DNA from: Camelus dromedarius
Lineage: Eukaryota
Assembly (NCBI RefSeq): GCF_036321535.1
Contig: NC_087436.1
Coordinates: forward strand, 91,948,001-92,012,000
Direction: 5' to 3'
Length of the DNA: 64,000 nt
The position numbers and the translations under genes are program-made. Every line of letters starts with the position of its first letter. Position 1 is the stretch's first letter. The notes beneath the pieces are model-generated. The model did no database searches. It was not told the origin of the DNA and saw only the letters and a program-made list of their open reading frames with translations. Below are positions 35,852 through 49,344 of the stretch, one piece after another.

Positions 35852-36241
35852 TCGATAGCACACTGCCAATTTCCCTAATTTTCTGCCTACAGAACAGTGT
35901 GTCCCTTGGCAGATGAATTGGTCCAGAACTTAAAGGAAATTTAGAAGAACTGAGCCTGGAAATTTTTTAAAACTTACGTTGAGTAATTTCAGATACACGT
36001 TTTTATTATTAGGCTTTTTTTTTTTTTTTTAGAAATAACTCATGAATTTGTAATTACAAATGCAAATCATCTGTACATACATGTGTTTAATATATTATAT
36101 ATACTAAAAGAATTATGCATCTCAGATTTGTATTGGAGTGCACATATCGCATCTCCAGACACCCTGCGGAGGAGAGCAGTGCATCTCCACAACCCACAGA
36201 CCGACTTTCCCAGCGCATACCATCACCTATTAGAAGCACAC

Positions 36242-36260
36242 TATCGCCACCTGCTGACAC
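36242..36260 (-). promoter_or_regulatory. Candidate CTCF site
   Basis: Minus strand GTGTCAGCAGGTGGCGATA closely fits the CCASYAGRKGGCRC core; surrounded by retained CpGs. Confidence 0.55.
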
Positions 36261-37574
36261 TGCCGTCGAAAAGCTAGCAAAGTGTTTTACCACTTGTTTT
36301 CTTCTATCAAGATAATCTCATTATAATTTTACTGTTTGGCATTCACATTTTTTCTTAATCTCTGATTCTCTCCAACTCTATCACCACCCCATCCAGCATC
36401 TTTTCTCTCTGAAGCCCTAATAGAGTAGATAAGCTTTAGCTCACCACATTGTACAAAAAGATTTTAAGCTCAACTTCCGCATTTACTGACAGCAGTTTAC
36501 CTTACTGTCCTCTTTGCATAGATTTACAATTACCAGGGCAAGTATCCCAACTTATGATGCAAAAAGTGAAATGGATGTACCAGGTGAGCCTAGTGGCCAG
36601 TGCAGAAGGCCCCATACCTGTGTTCAATAAACAGTATTTAAGACTCATTCATGATGAGAAATTCCTGTGTTCATCCTCCCTTGTTCCTTGTCTGTATATG
36701 TTTCTATGAAAGGGTGCTGTCTTTCCTCTACATTTAGTTTTTAAAAAGTTAATATCACCTTGCTTGAATATCTTTCTATCTTGTAAAGGCAAATTTTCTT
36801 TAGCATCCATTTTATTTCTCTCCTCAGCTCTGGTTAATTTACATCCCCCAAAATCTCTCTTCTCTCCCTCATATTATTAAAAAAAAAAAACTGACCTAAG
36901 AAAAGGCAACTGTTTAGACATTTCTAGAAACACGTTGAAGCTAGCTCCAAATGATTAACCAAATTAATATAACCAGTAGAAAGAACCTTGAGAATCTCAA
37001 AATTTCCTCCAAGATGCCTCAAAAGTTCCACTGCTTAGCAAAGATAATTTTTATCGCAGTTGTTTTGTCGTTATTAACAACGATTGATAGTGGCATCATC
37101 AAAAGAGATCCCATTAAAGGAACATAATTGCCTACCCCAAATATTTCACCACTGAGTACTGTGTGATATCCTATTAAAACGGAATACAAAATATCCTTTA
37201 TGTCACAGTTACATTGAAGAAAGTCCCCACATTTCACGTTTAAATATCTTAAGCCTCTATGGAGAGAGAACGTTACTTCAATATTAGTAAAATTTAAAGG
37301 GATGAATTCAAAGGAAAAGAAAGCTAATCCCTGAAGAATTATGTACCTTCAAATCTTAAAGTGCCAATTCAGTGTGTTAAGAAATGACTAAACATAAAAC
37401 TCTCAAAAGGAATGAGAGCAAAGGAAATTGACTTTTAAGAGCTTCTCAGGTAAGAATTTATACAAAATTGCTTCCATTTTCTTCTTTATATTGGGTTTGG
37501 TTACAATAATAATAATTTTTTAGAAGTATACATGCTGGGCTTGATTTGTTTTGAGAAAACCAGTTCAGATTATT

Positions 37575-38629
37575 ATTTTGCCTTATCAAAGAAAATTTGC
37601 ATCCAGCGGAGTTAAACAAGCAAAGAAAACTCTACCCAAGTCTCCTGCAATAGGGAAGAGAGATTGAACTCCACTCCACTGGAACACAACGTGGGAAGGT
37701 TTTTGCATGAGGGATGAGCTAGTGGAGAAGTCCTGGAGGACTTCAGGGTGGAAGTTAGTCAATGGGATTAGTCCATCTGTGTTTGCTGATTGGTGCTTAT
37801 CTAAATTAGGCTTCTACCCTTCCACAGAGACTGAAAGGTGGGGGTGCTTTTTTTTTTTTTTAATTGAAGTATAGTCAGTTTATAATGTGTCAACTTCTGG
37901 CATACAGCATAATAGTTCAGTCATACATATACATACATATATTCATTTTCATATTCTTTTTCATAATAGGTTACTAGAAGATATGGAATATAGTTCCTTA
38001 TGCTATACAGAGGAAACTTGTTGTATATCTATTTTATATATAATAGTACCTGCAAATCTTGAATTCCCAATTTATCCCTTCCCATCTCCTTTCCCCCCTG
38101 GTAACCATAGTTTGTTCTCTATGTTTGTGAGTCTGTTTCTGCTTTATACATAAGTTCATTTATCTTTTTTTTAGATTCCACATATAAGTGATATCATATG
38201 GTATTTTTCTTTCTCTTTCTGTCTTACTTCACTTAGAATGATGATTTCCCCAGGTCCATCCATGTTGCTGCAAATGGCATTACTTTATTCTTTTCTATGC
38301 TGAGTAGTATTCCATTGTATAAACATATCACAACTTCTTTATCCAGCCATCTGTCGATGGACATTTAGGTTGTTTCCATGTCTTGACTATTATCTTTCTT
38401 GATAATTATATTCAAAAGGATGACCCTCAGGTCTTTGGGAAAGACATCCCTGGGTTGTAAACCTGGCAAGAGGTTGAGAAATTTACATTCTATGGGCCAA
38501 AAAAAGAATTTACAATTGCAAGTTTTCTAAAGTAAAAGTGCTAAGAAATGGGAGGTCAGGGGATTATCGAAAGGAAGAAATCTGCCTAAAGTTTAATCAG
38601 GTTGACAGGGTTAAAGCTGTCTGAGTCAG
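37575..38629 (-). mobile_element. MER31-like ERV1 LTR split by an L1
   Basis: agaatttacaattgcaagttttctaaagtaaaagtgctaagaaatgggaggtcagggg...ctgcctaaagtttaatcag; left half 37575-37847, right half 38391-38629. Confidence 0.8.
37848..38390 (-). mobile_element. 5'-truncated L1 3' end
   Basis: T14 tail, aattgaagtatagtcag, ttagattccacatataagtgatatcatatggtatttttc (antisense ORF2 end). Confidence 0.93.
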
Positions 38630-38997
38630 CGTTCAATTATATCAAAAGTGTGTTAATGAGCTTTAAAATAACATTGTGTTCTGCATTCACAAGATGTGGC
38701 TGTGAAGTAAATAACCTGGATTTTCTTACTGATTCATAAACTGGCTCAGAAAGTAATTGCAAAGAGAAATTTTTAACCTATAGTAACATTATTAAAATAA
38801 TTGAATAGTCTTGCAATAGGAGGGCTCTGAGGGCCACATTCATTTAAACACATTAGTTTTTGGAAGCTTGTGTAAAAAGTCTGTTCACACAGCGTTATAG
38901 GTGACTCTATCCATTGTCATTGGGTAATTCTCATTTTTTTCCCTTAAATTGTAGAGATTTCATTTTCTTCCTTTATTAAAAAATCTGCCTTTAAATT

Positions 38998-39389
38998 GTG
39001 TTAGTTAGCTATTACCATAAAATCATTGCCATGAAATCACTGCAAACAATGGCACTTCAGTGACAGACAGACAAAAATAAATGTTTATTTCTCATGCTTT
39101 TGCAGGTTCAGTTCTATGTAGGACTGGCTGGAGTGATTTAAAATTTGTCCACGTCCTTTTCCCAGGATTAGCATGCCTTCTCAGGAGGATGTTAGAAGAA
39201 CCAGAGCAAGCAGGAACACGCGAGGTCTCTTAAAAACTAGGCTTACCACTACTTCCGCCTAACATGGGCTAATGAAAGTCGCATGGATGGGGCCAGCATC
39301 ACAGTAGGAAGCCACTGCCAAGGTACATGACAAAGGGCACAGACACAGGGAGGAGGGAGCAATGAGGGGTGCTAACGCCTTCCACCACA
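38998..39389 (-). mobile_element. MLT1I/J-like MaLR LTR
   Basis: tgtgttagttagctatt start, cacttccgcctaac...aaagtcgcatgga, ends ccaccaca. Confidence 0.7.
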
Positions 39390-39720
39390 GGTGTGGTCAA
39401 TAAAGGTTCACTGAAAACTTGCTATCTTCACAGAGTAATTGGAAGAAGACTTCTTTTTTTCTCTCAAAAAAAATCTGATAAGGTCAAAGGCTAAAGGAAA
39501 CACAACTGGCCTTCAAGAATGAACACCATTTAATGGACTGGAAATGGAGAAAAAGCATTCCTGGAAGAGGAAACATTGTAAACGAAATGACAGGAGAGGA
39601 ATACAGAGCATACTCAGAAAGGCTCCATCTGAAAGGAATAATGGGTGCTGTTAGGTAGTTAGGTAAGTGAGGGTACCTGGCAGATAAGGCGGAGGAGAAG
39701 GAGGAAGGTCCAGAAGATGG

Positions 39721-40105
39721 TGTTATACCCATCTGCAGCATAAAGGGGTTTACTTCCTCTAAATGAGTGCCAGCAAGAAACCAGTCAGAATCTGACAGCC
39801 ACAACTGCACGATAGTGACAAGGACCTAACATCATGGGTACAGACATGCACAAAAGGGGATGAGCATGACTGAGCACTCTCGAGGCAAGAACCATCAATC
39901 AATCAAGAGACTACCTCTAAGTGAATGTGTAAGAGAAGGAGCAAAGACCACTGCTTTTCCTCCTTTGGGGCAGCCCACCTCCCAATCTTGGAGGTGTACT
40001 TTTCCTTTGCTAATAAAACCTTTAAATCTCTCACTACACAGTGCTTCCATCTCCCATCTGAATTCTTCTCCTTTGGGTAAGACAAGAGCCTATGTCTTTT
40101 CCCTT
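39721..40105 (+). mobile_element. ERV solo LTR (3' end indistinct)
   Basis: tgtta start; ggaggtgtacttttcctttgctaataaaac...ctgaattcttctcc...aagacaagagcc resembles ERV1 R/U5. Confidence 0.6.
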
Positions 40106-40329
40106 CTCCTTTTGGGGTTAAAAAGTGTGTGAAAAGGAATCATTTGAAATGTCAAGAGAAAATGTTGATCCAGGATCCTTTACTAGATCATCACCTTTGT
40201 CCCACTCCTCAACTATAAGTAGCCCTTAGGAGTTAGTCTGTTTCTTCCTCACTTCTCTCGACTCTCCTTTGTTGACTCAGTTTCAGCATCCATATTTAAA
40301 CTGACTCACAAAGCAACTTCCCGTCATGA

Positions 40330-40780
40330 CGTTCTCCTTATATTCAGAATCGCTATTGACAACTTGTTTCTAAATAGCTGTGATTGAATATCCTAGAAAT
40401 GTTTCAAAGGTGGCGTTTATACCTGAGTTTCTCCCTCCCCCCAACCCACAACATATTTGACCTTCTGCATTCCTCATCTCAGTAATCAGCACCACCAGGT
40501 CCTCTTAGCTAAAAACCTCGGTGACTTCCTAACTTCACTCCTCTTCCTAACTTGGCCATGTCTAACCATTCAATTCCAATCAATTCTTCCTCATGAACAA
40601 GTCCTAAGTCTACCTCCTTCTTTCCATTTCCACACTGATGCGTCTTACCTGCATGATTGGACTAGTCTCCAAACCTGCCTCACGTCTCTAATCCTTTCAA
40701 TGCCTGCACGAACAATCCAAACTGAGTTATTTGATCATTATAATTCTTCTGTTCAAAAAAATTAAAAGACCCTCTCCCAC
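40330..40780 (+). mobile_element. L2 fragment
   Basis: cattcctcatctcagtaatcagcaccacc...aaaacctcgg...actagtctccaaactgcc-type motifs. Confidence 0.6.
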
Positions 40781-40869
40781 GGTCAGCATTCTCGTATTTG
40801 AGCATTGATTTATTCCCCAGGGAGAGCTGAGTCTCTATTTTTGCTTCAGGTCCTCTTCAGGCAGTAGAG

Positions 40870-41390
40870 AGAGAGCAGTGAACAGCCCAGGCAAGGCCTC
40901 TGCTCTTACGGGAACTGAACTTCTAGGGGGCGAAATAATAAAGGAAGTACAGAAAAAATCACGTAGCATGAGCTACTTTAACGGAGTGACAAGCACTATC
41001 AAGAGTGTAATGAAGGCTAGTGGGTAGCGGACAAAGAGTACCCAGGCGTGAAGAGTCTATTTCAGAGTCCAATTAGGAAAACAGTGCTTCTCAGAGATGA
41101 TGGTGTCTTAGATTTAGGCTGAGAGCAGTGAGGAGGTGATGGAAGATGCACTGAGATCCAAGGTACATTCTGAAGCTTTGAGCTAGAACTGACAGGTCTG
41201 AATGATGGGTTGGGTGTGAGAGACGAAGGAAAGAAGAGTCAAGGATGCTTTCTACGTGCTTGGACAGAACCACCGGGTGAACGGTGGTGCCCTTGGCTGA
41301 GACAGGGGATCCTGGGGGAACAGTAGTGGAGGATGGCAGAGTCGTAATTTCTAGTTTTGCCAGGTTTCGTTTGAGATGCTGATATAACTG
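40870..41390 (-). mobile_element. L2 fragment
   Basis: gagatgatggtgtcttaga, agagtcaaggatgctttcta, ggtttcgtttgagatgct. Confidence 0.7.
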
Positions 41391-43502
41391 AAATAATTGC
41401 TCCACGGTGCAGAAATTAAATGAATTAACTGATTAATGAACTATGAAACTGCAATGTACTTTAAATAAATTACATACATAAATTGTAATGGAAACTTTAA
41501 ATATATATATTAATGCCCTTGCCTCTCTGCATTTCCAGGTGCATCATTTTCTTGCTAGTCAGCAAAGGCTCCCCTTAATGATGAGAAATGAGGGTGGCGT
41601 GGATGAGAGGTACGTTGTGGTCACTGTTTGGGCCTGTTAGTACTGAAATGCCCTTCACATGTTCACTAACGATGTGGGATTTTTTAACTGAAGCAATAGT
41701 TTTAAGAGCTATTATAATAGTGTATCTGTCATTGAGCATGAAGAACGAGATTCTAGCAATCACGGCAGCATATAGGTGAGATCACCTTTTCACGGAGTCA
41801 AACAATCATTCAACAAATGAATATTAAGTTTCTCCTGTGATCCAGGCTCCATTTGGTTCAGTAAAACTAGCCCATGAGTCTTGCTGCCCAAAGCTCGAAG
41901 GAGAGAGGAGGGCACACAGGGAAAGGAAAAATGCTAAGTCCTTCCTCCATCCCAGAAATTGTGGAAACGGGGAGACAGAAATGCTCAGACTCCCGGGTCC
42001 TTCTCTCCCCACCCCTTCACTCCACATTTCAGGCTGTCCCTCAAAGAGACTGTTTTAACATCCAGATATGTATCAGGATACCAAGAAAGTCAGAGCTAGA
42101 GCTGTGTTTGGGGGGCACAGTGAAAGGAGAAATGTGCAGGCCATTAAAAGAACCGCAACCTGGGCTCAGCACCGCATCCAATGAGAGTGAACTGGGGAGG
42201 CAGCAACAGGAGGCAGTTAGAGAAGTGAGTCTGTGCTGGGGGCTGGGCTCTTCTACCTGAACTTGGACTGCCTTGTGAGAGAACACCTGGACCAGGAGAG
42301 TCTGGTTGAGGGCAGAGACCAGCTCAATTAGGACTTCAAGCTTAGGGCCAAATGCCAGAACCACAGATTCCAGCAGTAGGTCCAGTACATCACTGCTTTT
42401 CTAATTAAGACATGTGAAACTTGCCAAGGGTTATGCAGGCATTGAAGGTTTTAAGTAAATTATTTTCCAGATCCTCAGCTTTCATAATTTGTTTTTCTAA
42501 AAGCGGATCTGACAAGGAACACACCTGCATTCACAACAAAACTTTTCCAGTTTTACAGAAAAGTAACAACCCTTCACCACCCCAAATCTTGGTGAGATAT
42601 ACTGCCCTGCAGGGTAAAATGTCCAACAAATAAATGCTTCAAATTATTCATTTGAAGTATTCCTTTTTTTCATAATAAATCACAATGCCATAAATGCTGA
42701 GAACTTCTAATTTTTTTCTCATTTATACATATTTATGCAAAAGTGGACTCAGGATGCTTGTAATGGAGTATTCTGGCTTGAGTTGTAATTTTCTGAGTCC
42801 AAATACTGTATATGGATAGATGAGGTGGGTAATGATGTTCTGTTTGACAAATTTGCCTCTTCCATTCCAGACTCTTGTCAAAAAGGCAGATAATTTGAAG
42901 CGAAGTCCCATAGAGCAAATACAGCATTGAAAATAAATATTGAACACTAAAAAATGTCTATTTTCAACAATTTGCTTTATGTATTCTCAATACCCATCTC
43001 TAGAATTCATCATTGACTAGTTTAAAGTAGAAAAGGACCTTCAAACAGATGAAGCAGTAAAAGCTTGTGACATTGGTTCTTTAAATGTAACAAATATTTT
43101 CAGACTACCTTTCTTGATGGCTTTCCTGGTAACACTGGCTAAAACCCACAGGTAAAACCTTCATGTAATTATTGTCAGAGTTATTATTTTGAACCCAAAA
43201 TAATAATTAAAACCTGAATGAAATCATGAAATATTTGCTCATTTTATTTTATCTTACAAAATGTTTCTCTGCTTCTTGGTACTATGAAAAAAGTAACATA
43301 TGTGCTAGCTTCCAGAATGTTAATTTTAGTGGTATGTATCATTCTCTTTTGTAAAAAAAAAAAAATAGGAAAAATTAGATTCTAATATCTAGCAAAATTA
43401 ATAGGATATTTTGATTTTAATCCTTAGCTCTCATTTTATTATTTCTCAACCCAAATAACTGAATTAGATGTATGTGCATATTTATTAAAGGAGCATCATG
43501 CC

Positions 43503-43931
43503 TGTTATAAATTGCATTTTGTCTCCCCAGAAAGGTGTTGAAATTTTAACTCCCAGTGACTGTGACTGTGACCCTAGTTGGAAAGAGGGTTTGGCCCAAT
43601 GACCAAGTTAAGATGAGGCCATTAGGATGGGCCTACTCTAATGTGACTGTTGTCCTTGTGAAAAGGGGAAACTCAGACACAAAGGCACATACAGAGTGAA
43701 GATGGTATGAAGACACAGGGAGAAGGCATCTCCGAGCCATGGGACTCCCGAGGCCACCAGGAGCTAGGAGGAAGGCATGGAGCCCCTTCTTCCTCAGAGC
43801 CCTCAGAAGAACTAACCCTGCTGGGACCTTGATCTCAGACTTCTAGTCTCCAGAACTGGAGACGTAAATTTCTCTTGTTAAAGCCACCAGTCCGAGGCAT
43901 CTTGTTTTGACAGTCCCAGGTAACAAATACA
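43503..43931 (+). mobile_element. MLT1B/C-type MaLR solo LTR
   Basis: tgttat...aaataca termini, aagttaagatgaggccattaggatgggcc, accttgatctcagacttctagtctccagaact; 5-bp TSD ATGCC/ATGAC. Confidence 0.92.
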
Positions 43932-44759
43932 ATGACTTTCATCAAATGACATCCCACAATAACATCATTTCCAGAAACTAGTGCATGATAGCCTTACATT
44001 TAAGATGAAAAAGCATGTTGATTTGTCTTGAATTATATTACAAAATAGATGAATTCATCTATCATATTTGCTGCATTTCAGTCTTAATTAGACAGCTTTT
44101 AATATTTTATCATGAGTTATGTCCAATAATCTATTTCTCTGGGTTTTAAAACAATATCCTCTCAAGCACATATTGGTAAGTGTATTTTAATTGAAAATAA
44201 AATCGAACTTCATCTGATAAAACTGTTTGGAGATGACTTGTTTGAGATGTGAATAGCTTTGCCAATTCAGTTTTATGATAAATATTTTTCCATACATTGG
44301 ATGAGTTAGCTCTGTGTTCTAACAGTTTGATGAAACACATTATAAGACGAAAGCATTTTGCCAAAAAGATCTTGTATTGGAAAATGTGTAATAAAGTTGA
44401 CTATTTATTAATTTTCTTAACCCTCTCTGACTATATTTTATCAAAAGCACCTCTAAAAGGAAGAAGAACAGAAATAGTTGTTATTTTATAACCAGATAAA
44501 TATTTTTTATATATTAATCAGAAATTGAGAGTGTGAAAGACTGATAGCCAAGTAACTAATATTTTTGTTAGCTAGTAAGTTTATAAATTTTTACTCTTAA
44601 TATATTGAAGCATCACTGAATTGAATCAATTATTTTAAATAATAGTGTAAATGTTTTTAATGATAGATCACTATATGGTTTTTGATATTACTCAAAAAGA
44701 AAGCCAAGTAATACATAGGACTGCTATAACAAAACTCCTTTCAATCCTGTCATACTTTT

Positions 44760-45190
44760 CAAAATGACGATTCCAGCTCTCCCCTGTGCCCATACCCCAG
44801 CCCTGTGACTTTGAGTACTCTCCCATTCCGACTCTGGGCTTGGCCATGTGACCTGTTTTGGACAATGAGGTGTTAGCAAACATAACTCCAGAAAACACTT
44901 CAAAATTGCTGTGCATCAGTTTTCTTCCCTGCTGCTCTTATAACACCACTGTTAAGGGAATAAGCCTGGGTTAGCCTATCAGAGGATAAAGGACATATGA
45001 CTCCATCGCTCTCCCTCATAGTTAGCCAACCACTAGACTCCTAAGTGAGGCCATCTGAAATCAGGCGGCACCCAGCTAACCTGCCAATTCCTTGAACATT
45101 CATGAATCAGACAAGCCCAGCTCAGGTCAGAATAACTGCCCAGATGAGCCCAGCCCAAATCACTGACCTGAAGAATCACAAGCTACATAA
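44760..45190 (+). mobile_element. MLT1H-like MaLR LTR
   Basis: gactctgggcttggccatgtgacctgttttggacaatg, ctgcccagatgagcccagcccaaat. Confidence 0.8.
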
Positions 45191-45239
45191 CCTTCATTTT
45201 CATTTTCTTTTTCTTCTGGTTGTGGTAAATATGTATCCT

Positions 45240-45412
45240 GTTCTTAAAATTTTCTCATACTGTCTCTGTACCTGAAATCCATTTAATGTTAGAATGTGAG
45301 TTCCATGTGGTCTGAGACACTGCCAGTCTCATTCAGAGCTCTATATCATCTATATCATCTACCCTAGGTCCTGGGATAAAATAAGGTTCAATAAATATAT
45401 TTTGAATGAATA
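45240..45412 (+). mobile_element. L2 3' end
   Basis: ttagaatgtgagttccatg...ttcaataaatatattttgaatgaat. Confidence 0.65.
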
Positions 45413-45529
45413 ACTCTTTTCTACCTTGTTTTAATCTTATCTATCTTCACGTTCCAATGCATGCCCCAGCTGGTCCATGAAGAACAGTGCTCTCCTCCTT
45501 TTTAATTCAATGATCAGAACTCCTGGCTG

Positions 45530-45785
45530 GGCAGTATAGAATTAAGAATTAAGAGCACAGGTTTCGGTGCCAGAACACTCGGGTTCAAGTCTTAGCTCTG
45601 TCACCCACTTGATACAGTAGGTAACTTATATTATGTGTGACTATGTTTCCTCGTATTTCAAGAGATATAACACTAGCTCCTAACTCTAGGCTTGCTTTGA
45701 AACTTAAATTAGAATTTATATGCAAAACAATAGAAGCAACACCTGTTATATTTTAAAAACTATGTGTGCATCAGCACTTATCATC
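45530..45785 (+). mobile_element. MIR SINE
   Basis: ttaagagcacaggtttcggtgccagaacactcgggttcaagtcttagctctgtcac. Confidence 0.75.
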
Positions 45786-47664
45786 CAGTAGTGTTACTAT
45801 CTAACACACTAATTTAGCAGCCATCAGTAAATAGCTTTCTGTGCTCCTGCCTTGATTTTCTACTAGCTTGAGAGCTCTGCTACCTTGGTGAGGGCAGAGG
45901 CATTTCTTTGCCATCTCTACAGCAATGAAAACCATACTCTGCACATTTATATTTGTAAACTAAAAGTTGTCAGTTTGTTTAGCAGGACATGTTTAGCATT
46001 GCATAAAATACTATTATAATTCATTAAATAACTTCTAATGTATACAATTGATTTTTAACAAGTGAAGTATTTCATTAAATCTGGGCCAAAATTGGAAAAT
46101 TCTTTTATAGCAAAATGCTAACACAGTATATTGGTTTATCTGTAATTAAAAACACAACAATATATGTCTGTGCAATTGCCATTAATTCTGTAACCCATCT
46201 CCTCGTTGCAGTATTTCTCCACAAATCCTGTTTAAAACAGTTTACTACTAACCCTACTTCATAAGAGCCACAGATTTCTACCTCCACCCAACTTCCTTAT
46301 GTGTCCTGGCCAGGAAGGCTGATGTCAACTAAAAGCACACTAAAATATGTAACCAATGAGTCATAATTATCAGTGTCTTTCCAGGAGACTTTCAGCTTCA
46401 CTTGAAAAAAGTTATGAAGACTTTCTTCCACGAGTCACAGTCCTGTGATTTATGAATGAATGTGTTCACATGCAGTTACACCATTTCCCAGAAAAACTGA
46501 TGAGGCATCATTAAGAAATTCTAAGTCACTGACGGCTGCTTCAAGAAGTACTAATTCTTCCATGATTGTCTTGGGTTTGGAGGGAAGTAAAGGCAAATGG
46601 ATTTGTGGTCATGGTTCTTGGGCCAAATGAAACACTGAGATACATTGAGACGAAGCCAGATCAAGAGCAGACCCTGGAAAAACAAGATTTGAGGGATTCC
46701 AGCAAACAGGCGACAGAAATATTACTCAGGGACACCAGGAATTAGTTCTGCTGCTTGGTCCTCCTGGAAAAGGAGTGACCTTGCTGGCGTGAACTCTGAT
46801 GCAAGAATTCAAAGAGCCTAAAATAGGCAATTGTTTTATTTTTCTAAAAAGCATTAAATGTTAATTTATTTCATATTAATAATGAATACATATATATGGA
46901 CTTGTTAGGTGTGCCCACTGGTCATGTGTTGGTAAGTGTTCAACAATTATCTTTCCAACAGAGGAGACATGTATATCTGTGTGTGCACACATGCACATGC
47001 ACATTTTTCGTTATGTAAATATACATATATTTGTTTACTGTAAATTTTACTACAAATGATAACAAAATATGCCCCACTCTTTATTATAAATTCTTTATAA
47101 CCAATAGACAGTCTTAGGTTTTTTATTAATTTTTGTCAAACTCTTATATCCATGGCCAATTTAGGGTTGCAACTGATGAACAAATGCAATTTTAACATGA
47201 ATTTTGGTTGATATTTTTGGTTTTGTAACAAGTAAGATAAAAATAAACAATGAAGATGAATACTGGAATTTTAATCATCCATCAATAATGTTAGTGACAC
47301 CTTTCCTCAGTCAGACAATAGTTTTGAATAATGGAAGGATGTTTCCTCAGTTTTTTGTGTGTGTATGCTATTCATAATATAACAGGTATCAGAAATGACA
47401 CAATTTTAAATTTAATTTACTTTATTAACGTTCCATCACTTCTGAAGACAATAAACAAAACAGTAAACCAAATCTTGAATTGTAGAGTTTGCCAATTTCT
47501 GTCATGTAAAATGTCCCACCATAGAGGCCTTCATGTTATAATCACAGTAGCACATTATTATATAGTATTTCCACCACTAGATACAATAGATATAATCTTA
47601 CTTAAGAGCATGGATAATACAAATACATAGTAGTGTAATTATGAAGTGATGAATTTTGAGTACA

Positions 47665-48810
47665 ATTTTTTCCTTTCTTCTTTCTGAATATATCATGTCT
47701 CTCCCTTCTGTCCTGCCAAGTTTCGGCTGAAAAGCCAGCTCATAGTCCAATGGGAGTTTCCTTGTATGTTACTAATTGCTTTTCTCATGCTGTTTTTAAG
47801 GTTCTCTCTTAATCTTTAATTTTTGCCATTTTAATTATAATGTGTCTTATTGTAGCCCTCTTTGATTTTATCTTATTTGGGACTTTCTGTGTTTCCTGGA
47901 CCATCTCTGTCTGTGTTCTTCCCCAGGTTAAGGAAGTTTTCAGTTATTATTTCTTCAGATGGGTTCTCTCTCCTTTCTCTCTCTTCTCCTTCTGGGATCC
48001 CTATAGTGTGAATGTTAGTATGCCTGATGTTGTCTCAGAGGTCTTTTAAATTATCTTAATTTTTTAAATTTTTTTTTCTTTTTTCTGTTCAGATTGGTTG
48101 ATTTCCACTACTCTGTCTTCCACATCACTGATCTTTTCCTCTGTGCCATGTAATCTTTTGTTTCCTTATAGCGTAATTTTCAATTATATTCTTAAACTAT
48201 GTTTGTTTGGTTCTTCTTTATATTTTTTAACTTCTTATTAAACTTCCCATTGTTTTTATTTATTCTTCTCCTGAGTTCAGTGAACTTCTTTATGAACATT
48301 ACCTTGAATTCTTTATTGGGTAAATTGTTTGTCTCCATTTTGTTTAATTCTTTTTCTGAGGTCATGTCTTGTTATTTTATTTGAAACATATTTCTTTGTC
48401 TCCTCATTTTACCCAATTCTGTGTTTATTCCTATGTGTTAGGTCAAATCATGATTCTGGATCTTGGAAAAGTAGATTTACGTAGAAGACACCAGTGGAGT
48501 CCAACAGCACACTTCCCTCTGCTCACCAGAGCTATGTGCTCTAGAGGTGCCCCCTACATGGGTGGATTGCACCATTCCATTGTGGTGAGTACACTGGTAG
48601 GCTATATTAGCTGCAAGGCCATGCCTTGTGCAGTGGCTGCAAGCCTGCTGGAGGGCAGGGCCAGCTCCCTGCATGGTTGTCTATGCAGCCTAAGGAGGCT
48701 CGAAGCTGGTACCAGCCCCCTGGAGGATGAGACTGGGTCCTACATGGTTGTCTACGTGCCCCTAAAGGCACTCAAGACTTGTATCAATCTGCTGGAGAGC
48801 AGGGGACGTG
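47665..48810 (-). mobile_element. L1 (or HAL1) 5' region: degenerate ORF1 plus part of 5' UTR
   Basis: The minus strand near 47985-48020 translates to NIHTIGIPEGEER, matching the ORF1p N(L/I)RIIG(V/I)PE motif; GC-richer UTR-like segment 48480-48810. Confidence 0.85.
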
Positions 48811-48913
48811 CGTTTTATTTTATTTTTTGATACATTATAAAATGTCACTTCTGAAAGTAAAGGTACTTAGTATTGTATGCACAAGGAAGCATTGACTTTT
48901 GAAATAGGCATGA

Positions 48914-49320
48914 TGTCTTGGCTTCCAGGGCTATCATAACAACACAACACAGATTGGGTGGCTTTAACACCAGAAATTCATCTTCTCAAAGTTCTAGAGC
49001 CTAAAAGTTCACAACCATATGCTGGCAAATTTGTTCTCTGGTGAAAGCTTTCTTCCTGGCTTATAGAAAAAACACAATGGCCTCTCATGGACTTTTCTCT
49101 GTGCTCACAAGGAAAGGAAGAGAGAAAGAGGGAGGGAGGGAGAGACATCTGGTGTCTTTTCCTCTTCTCATTAAGATACCAGTTCTATTGAATTAGGGCC
49201 TTACCTTTATAATCTCATTCACCCTTAACATTCCGATAGGCTACATCTCCACATATGGTCACAATGGGGATTAGAGTTTCCACGTATGAATTTAGGGGTG
49301 GCACAATTCAGTCCATAGCA
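48914..49320 (-). mobile_element. MLT1A-type MaLR solo LTR
   Basis: agattgggtggctttaacaccagaaatt...cacaattcagtccatagca; TSD CATGA/CACAA is consistent with opposite-strand CpG decay of CACGA. Confidence 0.9.
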
Positions 49321-49344
49321 CACAACATTTTAAGAACACATAAA

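Noticed and set aside
41578..41692. C/D box snoRNA (ATGATGA...CTGA)
   Set aside because: No terminal stem, no recognisable rRNA guide and no host gene evidence.
48369..48830. 153-aa ORF as an L1 ORF0 analogue
   Set aside because: Antisense to a degenerate L1 5' region, non-ATG start, no supporting features.
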